DNA of 64,000 nucleotides from Klebsiella phage K64-1: the sequence record AB897757.1; one strand, written 5' to 3'. How positions within the stretch are numbered: position 1 is the first letter of the stretch; each line of letters starts with the position of its first letter. Shown one piece after another: positions 28,056-37,117 of this stretch. Below the pieces are notes generated by a model, which did not search any database, had not been told where the DNA came from, and worked only from the letters and a program-made list of their open reading frames with translations. The translations under genes and the position numbers were made by a program.

Positions 28056-31000
28056 TTATGAACCAATATTGATATTAGTCTTAGCAAGGGATTTGACAAT
28101 TTGTACATTATCAACTGTTGCAGTACTAATAAAAATCTGATCACTTTGAGATGGTATTTCAAATAAAGAACCAAATTTAGAATCTGGATTTTGTGATACA
28201 ATAACGATTGTACTAATATACCTACCTAAATTACTTTGAATATAAGTACACAAATCAGTATAATAAAAACTTTCACCAAAGTCCCAGTTATCTATACTGA
28301 AGTATTCATTACAAAGAGAAATAACATTTTGTCTTATTTCATCATCACTCATAGTAGTATTTGGTAGTGGTACCACTTTGAAATCAGCCCTGTATGATTC
28401 ATCTGCACTATCACCAAATAAAGGAAGATATCTTGCACTGTGCCAAATTAAACTATCACTGATTACACTCCTTAACTCAACATCGCTAAATGTTTGTTTA
28501 AGTTCAACTGAAGTTGGTGGTTTAGGAATAGTACCACTTGCACCATTCTTAATCCACAATTGTACTTCATCATGATAAGATGTTGTTAATACATACATAT
28601 CAATTAGGTTAGTTTTACTTGGATCTATGCGATTATCATCTGGTGCATAATGTTTCCAGTGGAAATATACCCCGCTTCTTGCACCAACTTTAACATCGTA
28701 TTGAGTACTTACATCATCATATCCATAATAACTGAGTTTTTGGTTTTCATCAACATCGGATGAACCGTTATTCATAATAGCTCTATAAAACGCAGTTTCT
28801 GGTGTAATAGCCGAAGTATCATCAGATGAAGTCATATTTGTAATTAAATTATTAAGACGATCATTGTTATTTCCCACATTTTGTTCAATGAAGTAATAAT
28901 TATCATTGTACGCAAATCCAATAACAAAACCTGAACCTTTATTGAACAAATCACTCAATAAGGTACTTCTGATTTCCACGTTTCTGGTAAATTCTTTTCG
29001 TTTATATGCATTGGTTTCTGCTAATGCATCAGAATTAGTATATTTCCATGAAGAATCTAATAAAGTAAAATCATCATCTGGTAAATTTAATGCTTCTACC
29101 GTGAAATCTTCATTTTGCTGGAATATCAAAATTGCACCATATTTTTTGAGATCAGTTGATTCCCAGTCCGGTACTATATTACTGAATTGATTTGGCTCAA
29201 GTGGGATACCATTGGTATCTATTTTAGTACTACTGATAACTACACGAGAACCATCTATATAACCATTATCCTGTTCAATATTATCAATAATCTGGAACTG
29301 GATATCACTAGACAGACCCAAATTACTGGTATCAGTAGTATTTGAACTTAAAATTGTTATTTTATCGTTCTGTACTGTACCACTGTTGATATCATTAATT
29401 TTATTTGGGTTAACAAAATAAAAACGAACTTTAGAACCACCAACGAAGATATATTCAATACCATTTGATTCAAAACTCCATGATTCAGATGTGTACTTGA
29501 TATTAACCATTACTGGAACAGTAATACCCTGATATGAGATTTCTTCTTCATCAGTACTGATTTCAACTGGAACCCAGCGTGAAATAGATGTATCATAAAT
29601 GAGTACAAAATCCGTTTTTTTATCCAGTTCAGCGGAAATAGATTGAATTTCGACTGAATTGAAACTAATTCGGTAAGGTTTGATATATTCCTGAATATAC
29701 ATAGATGTAGGAACAGTAGTACTTAAAATATAATATCCATTCTCAAGGACATTAGTGATACTACTCCATATCGTCGTGTTTCCATCAGTGAATAAAATTA
29801 AAGTACCAACTTGGTAATCATACAAGGTCTTTCCTGTACTATCAAGTATTTTACCATATGTATTGTTTGTATAATTTGAATTATATTCAGGAGTCCAGAT
29901 ATTTCTCAATTCAAGTGTGACAGTATTACTTGGATATGATTGATATTTCTGTATAACTGCATTTTCACCAATTAATGGTTGGATACTATCAACTACTATA
30001 CTTGCATTTGGTTTAGATGTTGGCAATGATACTGTATTTTTATAAGTAACTTTATCTTTATACATACTACCATCATCACTGAATACATCAGTGTTTTGAT
30101 ATTTCCCGGTTGGGTCATTAATGTCAATGAATCGTGACTGACCACTATATATTCGGTTAATAGCTTTTGCTTTTTGAACCAAATTACCCTGACTTAATGG
30201 TGCAATATCATAATCCTCACCATTGACAAATCGGTTTTGGGTGTAATATAATTGTGGAGCACGAGCTTTAATCTGTTCCAGAGTTTCAGCACTTTGTGCA
30301 CGACTACTTTCGTACTGTAATGTAAATTTAACTTCAAGGATACTCTGTTCGTAGTTTGATTGTGCATTAGTTCTGTACTGATATTTTATACTTTTATTTT
30401 GGATATCAGTTGTTTTAATACTGTATGTCATCCCATTACTAACACGATACCACGTTCTGAATGTTCCACGTGGAACAACACCACTTCTTGAATCAGGAAA
30501 CTTAATACTAATTTGATCATTATCACGCGTGGTTACAGCGAAAATAGTTTGTTTTTTTCTGTCTACACTGTTATAAGCAACACTTTCCATTGCAGGAACT
30601 TTAGTCCATTTGGTTCTTACTAAACCGTCCTGATTAATTTCTTGTACCCAAACATCTGTTTCATTAATATTATTAACATTAATATCCTGTAAACGATTTT
30701 CAATACTCACACTATAATCGAAGTCTTGTTTAGAAAGTGTGCCTTGTTTGAAATAAACGAAAAATCCAGTATTGATTGAATTAAAACCATTACCATCATT
30801 CTGATAAATGATATATTTTTGTTCTTGTGGTTCAGGATGGCGTTCATCGACACCAGAAGAGCTAATATCAGGGTTTACTACTTCAAATTTCATACTTTCA
30901 CCATTTACGTTTGCACTAAATGGGATAGCTGGTGATTGCATTTGATTAGTATTCATTTTATACAAATGAGTACTCAACCCATTCACATTAGTTTTCTTAA

Positions 31001-31520
31001 CTGGATTGCCAAACTGGTTGGTACTCACAAAAACATTGTTCATAACCAGAATAAAGTTCTCGTACCAGTTAGGATCAGTAGGGTCATTCCATCTAATCGT
31101 TTTATCTTTAAGTGATTTATTAAAACTATTTCGTACATCCTGGTTTGTTTTTATTTCAGTGACTTTAGCTAATGCACGACCTGGATATGAACGCCTTGGA
31201 GCATAAGAGATCATTTTAGCAAGTTTAAGTACCGAAGCCCTGCGGGTTGCAGTATCCATAAAGTTTTCACGAGTGTTCATGTCCATACGAAATGCAAGGT
31301 TTTGACCAAGCATGGCAATCGTGTCCAGAATGAATAAAAATTCATCATTTGCAATCCAGTCATTGAATGTATCAGGATAGTTAGTACTAAGATAGTCAAC
31401 CATACTTTGACGTATACTATCGAAATCATATGAATTCAATGAAATTTGATAAAAACTTTCATATATTTGCGACCAGTCTTCACCAGCGTATAAATTAGAT
31501 TGTCTTCTTTGCTGAGACAT
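28056..31520 (-). CDS. baseplate wedge protein, gp6-like by synteny (1154 aa)
   Basis: Second gene after gp25 on the late strand, as in gp25-gp6-gp7 clusters; size only, no sequence-level recognition. Confidence 0.4.
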   Translation of the reverse strand: MSQQRRQSNLYAGEDWSQIYESFYQISLNSYDFDSIRQSMVDYLSTNYPDTFNDWIANDEFLFILDTIAMLGQNLAFRMDMNTRENFMDTATRRASVLKLAKMISYAPRRSYPGRALAKVTEIKTNQDVRNSFNKSLKDKTIRWNDPTDPNWYENFILVMNNVFVSTNQFGNPVKKTNVNGLSTHLYKMNTNQMQSPAIPFSANVNGESMKFEVVNPDISSSGVDERHPEPQEQKYIIYQNDGNGFNSINTGFFVYFKQGTLSKQDFDYSVSIENRLQDINVNNINETDVWVQEINQDGLVRTKWTKVPAMESVAYNSVDRKKQTIFAVTTRDNDQISIKFPDSRSGVVPRGTFRTWYRVSNGMTYSIKTTDIQNKSIKYQYRTNAQSNYEQSILEVKFTLQYESSRAQSAETLEQIKARAPQLYYTQNRFVNGEDYDIAPLSQGNLVQKAKAINRIYSGQSRFIDINDPTGKYQNTDVFSDDGSMYKDKVTYKNTVSLPTSKPNASIVVDSIQPLIGENAVIQKYQSYPSNTVTLELRNIWTPEYNSNYTNNTYGKILDSTGKTLYDYQVGTLILFTDGNTTIWSSITNVLENGYYILSTTVPTSMYIQEYIKPYRISFNSVEIQSISAELDKKTDFVLIYDTSISRWVPVEISTDEEEISYQGITVPVMVNIKYTSESWSFESNGIEYIFVGGSKVRFYFVNPNKINDINSGTVQNDKITILSSNTTDTSNLGLSSDIQFQIIDNIEQDNGYIDGSRVVISSTKIDTNGIPLEPNQFSNIVPDWESTDLKKYGAILIFQQNEDFTVEALNLPDDDFTLLDSSWKYTNSDALAETNAYKRKEFTRNVEIRSTLLSDLFNKGSGFVIGFAYNDNYYFIEQNVGNNNDRLNNLITNMTSSDDTSAITPETAFYRAIMNNGSSDVDENQKLSYYGYDDVSTQYDVKVGARSGVYFHWKHYAPDDNRIDPSKTNLIDMYVLTTSYHDEVQLWIKNGASGTIPKPPTSVELKQTFSDVELRSVISDSLIWHSARYLPLFGDSADESYRADFKVVPLPNTTMSDDEIRQNVISLCNEYFSIDNWDFGESFYYTDLCTYIQSNLGRYISTIVIVSQNPDSKFGSLFEIPSQSDQIFISTATVDNVQIVKSLAKTNINIGS

Positions 31521-31723
31521 ATATGTTATTCCTTTAAAATTATGTTGAATGTATTTTTAAAGTGCTGTATAAGTACTGAAATATGATTTTCATCATATCT
31601 AATTCTCAATAGTCATTCTTTATACACGTAATTATGTTTTCTAATGATTCATTATTACTTTGGTATTGTAAATTGATTCATTTAACCATATAAAATACTA
31701 TCCAGTACTATATTCTATGAAGA

Positions 31724-31731
31724 TATTTATA
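31724..31731 (-). promoter_or_regulatory. T4-type late promoter motif TATAAATA (minus strand)
   Basis: Plus-strand tatttata at 31724-31731, just downstream of the gp25 terminator hairpin and upstream of the gp6-like gene. Confidence 0.45.
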
Positions 31732-31737
31732 AAATAA

Positions 31738-31760
31738 TAAAGGCTCCATATCGGAGCCTT
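31738..31760 (-). terminator. rho-independent terminator after gp25
   Basis: ggctcc-atatc-ggagcc hairpin with T-run on the minus strand. Confidence 0.55.
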
Positions 31761-31768
31761 TAATGTTA

Positions 31769-32158
31769 TTATGAAACAACATAAGATGACATTTTATCAG
31801 TGTTTCTGTTATCAAATACCATACGAAGAGTTTCAACTGAATTTAGAATTACATACTTCAGTTGTAATTCAACTACATAACCGTAATCAATTTTTTCGGC
31901 CGCAATATTCAATAGTTCAACTCTTGGTTCTTCATACACAATTCTCCTACAGTCAGCTTCAATAAGATTGAGTGTGTTGTAGCTATCCAGTGAGAAGATT
32001 AAATCCCAACCAATAAACCCGTAGTTAGCATCAAATGCTCTCTCTCCTTTTCTGGTATTGAAGTGATTGAGAAGGTCTTGACGAATCAATTCTTCATTGT
32101 ATAATGTTTTTGTTCTACCCTGTGATGGAGTAGAGAATCCTTTAAAAACAACAGCCAT
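31769..32158 (-). CDS. gp25: baseplate wedge protein gp25 (GPW/gp25 family)
   Basis: 129 aa versus 132 aa for T4 gp25; TRKGERAFDANYG matches the T4 gp25 TRKGSRPFDPEFG core. Confidence 0.7.
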   Translation of the reverse strand: MAVVFKGFSTPSQGRTKTLYNEELIRQDLLNHFNTRKGERAFDANYGFIGWDLIFSLDSYNTLNLIEADCRRIVYEEPRVELLNIAAEKIDYGYVVELQLKYVILNSVETLRMVFDNRNTDKMSSYVVS

Positions 32159-32172
32159 ATATTAATTTCCTG

Positions 32173-32661
32173 TTATGCAGCAGATTCGACGATTTTAGCC
32201 ATTTTATCTGCACGAGATGTAGTTTGACGATACCACAGTGAATCACGCATCTGACGTCCTGCTTCTTTATAATCAGCACGACCTAAAGCAGCAAGTGCTT
32301 TTTTGAAGTTAAGCACTTTTGATTTACCCATTTGAAATACCATTAGCCATAGAACACGCTGTACGCTCTCTGGAGCAGTCATACCGAATTGTTGATAGAT
32401 TGCCTTAGCATCATTGTATGCTTGCTTAGCGTCCTTCAGGAGCAGTGCATCAGCCTCTTTTTCAGTTAGTCCGTTTTTAAAGTTCTCGTCTTTTAAAACC
32501 AGATGACCATAACCAATAGTATCTAGACCTAAACTGTCTTTGTATACCCAGAATTTGTTATTTTTAAAATAACCAAGTTTAGACTGATACGCGATAGTAC
32601 CTTCAAACTCTTTGACTTCAGTAAAAAACTGTTTATCATCACTAGAAATAGACCAGCCCAT
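32173..32661 (-). CDS. e: T4-type lysozyme (GH24 endolysin, gene e-like)
   Basis: 162 aa; KEFEGTIAYQSKLGYF...DTIGYGHL catalytic region typical of T4 lysozyme; paralogous to the C-terminus of the gp5-like protein. Confidence 0.85.
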   Translation of the reverse strand: MGWSISSDDKQFFTEVKEFEGTIAYQSKLGYFKNNKFWVYKDSLGLDTIGYGHLVLKDENFKNGLTEKEADALLLKDAKQAYNDAKAIYQQFGMTAPESVQRVLWLMVFQMGKSKVLNFKKALAALGRADYKEAGRQMRDSLWYRQTTSRADKMAKIVESAA

Positions 32662-32771
32662 ATTTTTACCTCTTTTACTTAAATTTACTTGACTTTGTAT
32701 TTATATTAGAGTACATTTGTGTAGTAAAAATATTTGAATACTAAAAGTTGTTAATTATTTAAGGTGTTTAA

Positions 32772-33194
32772 ATGAGATATGATGTTATAAATGATGTTAG
32801 ATCTGTTTCTGTGGTTAATAAAAAGTACTTCTATAAACCAAAAGGTAAAAACAATAAGAAGTATGAAACCATGATTGATGAATACGGAACAGAAGTGATT
32901 TGTAGTGATGTACCACTTGATTTACCAGAATTATCATATGAATACAATTCTTCAATTGAATACAATGGTGTTGAATTTATTTATAGAACGTATATTCGTG
33001 ATAATTATGAAATAGAAGATGATGTAATATACAGACGTATGACAGATTACACTGAAATGGATGAAGATGAGCTATTCCAGTACTCATTGGTATTCGAGAA
33101 TGATAATTTTTCATTTCATGATGCAGTTAAAATACAAAAATGGTTAATTATGAGATATCGTGTTGTTAATACCACGATTAATGTGGATTTATAA
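32772..33194 (+). CDS. hypothetical protein
   Basis: 140-aa ORF on the opposite strand inside the baseplate block; RBS aaggtgtttaaATG. Confidence 0.4.
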   Translation: MRYDVINDVRSVSVVNKKYFYKPKGKNNKKYETMIDEYGTEVICSDVPLDLPELSYEYNSSIEYNGVEFIYRTYIRDNYEIEDDVIYRRMTDYTEMDEDELFQYSLVFENDNFSFHDAVKIQKWLIMRYRVVNTTINVDL

Positions 33195-33205
33195 GAGAGA
33201 TTATA

Positions 33206-33664
33206 ATGCCTGGAAAACCAGAGAAAATTTATGACAATACAGAATTAACCATTATACTGAAAAATGTAAACAATTACAAGAATCTAAGTCCAGAAGCAAG
33301 GGAGATATTCAAAGAAACGAATATCAAGTACAAACCGAGCGGTGCTGAAAGACCCTATGATATGGATCATATTTACTATATGATTAGAGTTCTAACTGAG
33401 GTGTCACTTGATTCAGTACGAAAGAGTTTAATTCTAAGGACAGGTGTCGTATTATCTAACAAGTCAATACAAAGATATAAGCGTGTTGTAATAGAAGTAT
33501 CAAAAGCATTGTTATGTACACACAGAAATGGTATTGCTTTGCATATCAAAAAAGAAGAAGGAAAACACTATTTGACAGATCAACAAAGTTCCAGATTGAA
33601 CACTTTAAGGAAAAAGGGTGTCCCTATTGAGGACATGATAAATTACCTACAGAAACTGCTCTAG
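33206..33664 (+). CDS. hypothetical protein
   Basis: 152-aa ORF, RBS agagagattataATG. Confidence 0.4.
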   Translation: MPGKPEKIYDNTELTIILKNVNNYKNLSPEAREIFKETNIKYKPSGAERPYDMDHIYYMIRVLTEVSLDSVRKSLILRTGVVLSNKSIQRYKRVVIEVSKALLCTHRNGIALHIKKEEGKHYLTDQQSSRLNTLRKKGVPIEDMINYLQKLL

Positions 33665-33783
33665 CCCAGTATTCATGCGGGTTGTAGGAATTAGGGACAC
33701 CTTTTTGTGTGTTTTTTTGATGCAGTGTCCCTAATTCAGACCAAGAACCCAGTATTCATGCGGGTTGTAGGAATTAGGGACAC
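33665..33783. repeat. two direct copies of a 36-nt element (33665-33700, 33748-33783) flanking an inverted partial copy (33726-33738)
   Basis: cccagtattcatgcgggttgtaggaattagggacac occurs twice; gtgtccctaattc between them is the reverse complement of its 3' end, forming a long-loop hairpin. Confidence 0.7.
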
Positions 33784-33789
33784 TCTATT

Positions 33790-34078
33790 ATTAAATTCAT
33801 ACTTTTTCCTGTCCTTAATTCAATAGGTCGCTACGCTCAAATATTGATCTTCGTCACTCCGTTCCTCGATCAATATTAAAATCGGCAATTTGCGTTTTGT
33901 TCTCGATTCGCAAGCGAACCAATCACAAACCCGCAGCGAATTGCGAATCTCCCTTCGGTCAGTCAGTAATACTGCTTTTGGGAGAAAGCAACTCTCGGAG
34001 TGATGAAAAACGAATTCCATTCGGCTCATGAAAAACCAACGAATAGTCGGTTCTGTTGAATTACTTGAATTATAATTG
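33790..34078. other. GC-enriched noncoding segment packed with local hairpins (candidate structured RNA or origin-like element)
   Basis: aatattgatc/gatcaatatt 10-bp stem, gattcgcaa/ttgcgaatc 9-bp stem, ctccc-ttcgg...gggag, cgaat-tcc-attcg; no convincing ORF or RBS; noticeably GC-richer than its surroundings. Confidence 0.35.
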
Positions 34079-34079
34079 T

Positions 34080-34386
34080 CTGTATTCACTTCTAAGGAGT
34101 TTTATACACTTCCTTAGTGGTTCTATGTCTTAAACAAGAAAACACATCAGAATGCGATACAGGAATTCTCGTAGCTATTATCAAAGCAGTTACTATCCAT
34201 TGTAATATCTGCTCCATTAAAAGGACGCCCAATTCAGTACTGAAAAACTTTTGTGAGTAAGTCATTTCAAACTGATTAATTTAAGGACACCCATTTAAAT
34301 TAACTGTATCCACTTCTAAGAAGTTTTATACAATTCCTTAGTGGTTTTATGTCTTAAACAAGAAAACGCCTCAAAATGCGATACAG
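34080..34386. repeat. two ~83-nt direct repeats (34080-34162 and 34304-34386, about 90% identical) separated by ~140 nt
   Basis: ctgtattcacttctaaggagttttatacacttccttagtggttctatgtcttaaacaagaaaac...atgcgatacag recurs; each copy holds an internal ctaagga/tccttag hairpin. Confidence 0.7.
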
Positions 34387-34406
34387 AGCGTTTTATGTGG
34401 TGTTAC

Positions 34407-34431
34407 AGAAATAACAAAAGGAGCACAAGGC
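34407..34431. terminator. weak bidirectional terminator downstream of the gp5-like gene
   Basis: ggagc-acaag-gctcc with ctttgtt on plus and A-run on minus. Confidence 0.4.
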
Positions 34432-34445
34432 TCCCTTTGTTATTA

Positions 34446-37106
34446 TTACTGACATGCCTCAAGACGACGTGCCATAAACTCAGCACGTCTTGTTGTTTGA
34501 CCATACCATGCAGAGTTGCGAATGTGTGCTGCTGCCAGGCGATAGTTTCCCTGTGCCATAGCACCAAGCATACCCGTAAATTGTTGTACGCCCCCTTTAC
34601 CCATCTGGAATACCATCTCGACTAGTACAAGTTGAGCCATATATGGTGTTTTCATCTTATAAGATGCATAGATAGAACTTGCATCGTTGATTGCCTTTGT
34701 ACTATCACGAACCAACATTGCATCAGCTTGTTCTTCAGTAATACCTGAACTGAAGTTTTCACCACGTAATACTAGGTGTCCATAACCAATAGTTGGGAAT
34801 CCTCTACTATCAGTATAAGTCCAGAATTTATCATTTCTAAAGTACCCTTTTGCTTGTTGATATTGTTTAGTACCTTCAAACTCTTTGAGTTCTGGCATTA
34901 ATGTAGAATCACCTGGTTTGATTTGCCAATCCACCGCAGTTTTATCTACTGTACCAATATTCATTTCTTGTGGGGAGTAATTAACCACTGTACTGCTTTT
35001 TGATGTTCTTGGTCGTCTAACCGGAACATGACGAGACCCACGTTGTGCATAACCAGAACCAATTGTTTGTATCTTGGTACTAACAACCAGTTCATTACTA
35101 TCATTACCAGACACCACTACTGTGTTAGATGATGTTTCTTTAGTAGCTTTACCTTGTATTAGTGTTTTATTTGCACATTCTGAACCCGTACCAGTTTGGG
35201 TAGCATAGAATAGACCAGGATCTACCGTACCACTAAAACCATATAAATTGGCTGAATCGACGCGAATTTCAAATTTCAAAATACCACTTGCAGTACCAAT
35301 TTCTTGTCCTTTTTGTACTACATCTTTACTATACAATGAAGTTTTCAAACCATAAAATACTGATTTATACCCAGAATTATGTACAATATACACTGCATTA
35401 TTATATATACCAACTGTACCGGCATCAGGTGCAACTACAGTAGAATTACATTGTATTTCCCAGCCATTATGATCTGTTGTACTTCCTTTATTATCAGTTA
35501 TATTTTTACCCCAATACCCGTACTGACGAATAATACCATTACATGGCATTAACATGTGAAGACCTTCATATGTTTGGGAATAACCATTCATACCAGTGTC
35601 AGTCATTAAATCTTGTGTCTGCACTTGAGATGTTTCTGGGGCGTATGAGATGAACTGTACGGCCTCCTGTTGTTGAGCCTGTACCACCTGTGGCTGGACG
35701 TCATTAGCAGGTTGTGGATGTACTGGTGCCGTAGTTGAACCACTCCCTGAACCATTGTAACCTGTATCTACGGTACTACCATGATTTGATGCATCCTGCC
35801 AGTTTGAAATATTATGAATATGTTCATTAAGTCCAGCATTTGGTGTTTTAAAGTCCGGTGCCATGAATTCAGCAGTACCCTTATTACCTGAAGCATCAAC
35901 TGTAAGATTCTGTCCACCACCACTGATATTAGTGGATGAATCACCGATGATGTTAGCAGTTGAACCTTTCATGGAAACATTACTACCCGCAGTCACATCA
36001 GTACTACTACCGCTTTGTAAACGTAAAGAAGCAGCCGTCACCAATCGTAAATCTGCACCACTATTGATAACTACTTGTCCTTCTATTTTAGAATCCAATG
36101 AACCAAGTAATTCAAGTTTAGTATTACCACTAATACGAGCATTAAGATCCTGTCCAGTTTCTATATTACATGATCTACCAGCAACCATATTAATATCCTG
36201 ACCAGCACGAATGTTAATATTTTTATCGCAGTGAATATTAATATCTCCATCACCGGTAAATGATATACGAGCAGTACCATCACGATTGATTAATAAAATA
36301 TCACCAGTTGCCTCAGATAACATCAACTGAGCACCACTACGAGTACGCAAAACAATACCTTCATTGGTTCTTGCTCCCACCCTGGTATCATTCACTGGGT
36401 TATTGAATTGTGTATCCTGATAAGTATCTGGATCATCATCCCATGAAGGAACATTAAGTTCATCATCGGTATATCCATCATCTAGTACAAAACTATTACC
36501 CCTTGGTGTACTCATACCATATACTGTACTAATCATTTGTCTGGTACTACTTCTGTTAGCTACACCAGCTTCTTTGTCGTATAAAAGGTTTTGTTTTTTT
36601 AAACCTTCAACGATAGGAACATTGACATATTTTTCATTTTGATCAGTACTGATGGTATTTCTGTCATAATCGGTAACTGGTAATGGAGAATCTGTACCAC
36701 TATATTGTGATGTAGTGGAAGTTGCCATACCTGGAACCATTGTGTTCATTCGTTGTTCGTATATACAACCAATCCAGTAAGCTTCATGTGATCTACCCTG
36801 AATGAATATAACAATTACTGGACAGCCTACATCGGGAGGTACCGCCCAGAATCCATAACCTTTTGGATACTGACCGTATGCATCAGCACTCGGTACACCT
36901 GGGGTTTTACCTGCAAATGGAGACATATAAGAACATTCAATCCATGATTTCTTATCGTCTCGTTCACTTTGTGAACCCTGAACCCATACTTTAATTTTAC
37001 CACTCATAGTAGGATCTCGGTTGTCCATAACAATCGCTACCTGTGGATAAGCTGGGTCAAAACGACCCAACTGTTCTTTTGCATACTGTTTACTTGTATC
37101 TACCAT
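34446..37106 (-). CDS. gp5: gp5-like baseplate central spike with OB-fold N-domain, beta-helix repeats, M23-like peptidase domain and C-terminal GH24 lysozyme domain
   Basis: N-terminus KIKVWVQGSQ...GFWAVPPDVGCPVIVIF is OB-fold/VgrG-like; GDGDINIHCDKNINIRAGQDINMVAGRSCNIETGQD is beta-helical; HNGWE..YIVHNSGYKSVFYGL resembles M23/LytM; the C-terminal ~160 aa are about 55% identical to the free lysozyme. Confidence 0.7.
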   Translation of the reverse strand: MVDTSKQYAKEQLGRFDPAYPQVAIVMDNRDPTMSGKIKVWVQGSQSERDDKKSWIECSYMSPFAGKTPGVPSADAYGQYPKGYGFWAVPPDVGCPVIVIFIQGRSHEAYWIGCIYEQRMNTMVPGMATSTTSQYSGTDSPLPVTDYDRNTISTDQNEKYVNVPIVEGLKKQNLLYDKEAGVANRSSTRQMISTVYGMSTPRGNSFVLDDGYTDDELNVPSWDDDPDTYQDTQFNNPVNDTRVGARTNEGIVLRTRSGAQLMLSEATGDILLINRDGTARISFTGDGDINIHCDKNINIRAGQDINMVAGRSCNIETGQDLNARISGNTKLELLGSLDSKIEGQVVINSGADLRLVTAASLRLQSGSSTDVTAGSNVSMKGSTANIIGDSSTNISGGGQNLTVDASGNKGTAEFMAPDFKTPNAGLNEHIHNISNWQDASNHGSTVDTGYNGSGSGSTTAPVHPQPANDVQPQVVQAQQQEAVQFISYAPETSQVQTQDLMTDTGMNGYSQTYEGLHMLMPCNGIIRQYGYWGKNITDNKGSTTDHNGWEIQCNSTVVAPDAGTVGIYNNAVYIVHNSGYKSVFYGLKTSLYSKDVVQKGQEIGTASGILKFEIRVDSANLYGFSGTVDPGLFYATQTGTGSECANKTLIQGKATKETSSNTVVVSGNDSNELVVSTKIQTIGSGYAQRGSRHVPVRRPRTSKSSTVVNYSPQEMNIGTVDKTAVDWQIKPGDSTLMPELKEFEGTKQYQQAKGYFRNDKFWTYTDSRGFPTIGYGHLVLRGENFSSGITEEQADAMLVRDSTKAINDASSIYASYKMKTPYMAQLVLVEMVFQMGKGGVQQFTGMLGAMAQGNYRLAAAHIRNSAWYGQTTRRAEFMARRLEACQ

Positions 37107-37117
37107 TATTATTTCCT

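Noticed and set aside
33820-34089. 89-aa minus-strand ORF inside the noncoding island
   Set aside because: It has no RBS, atypical composition, and overlaps the hairpin-rich GC segment. It is more likely noncoding.
33665-34386. CRISPR array
   Set aside because: Only two copies of each repeat are present, the spacers are irregular in length, and no cas genes are nearby. The layout is inconsistent with a CRISPR locus.
33790-34440. tRNA genes or a T4-like tRNA cluster next to the lysozyme gene
   Set aside because: I scanned both strands for T-arm signatures (GGTTCRANYCC with a 5-bp stem) and D-arm TAGC..GG patterns and found none. The hairpins do not assemble into cloverleaves.
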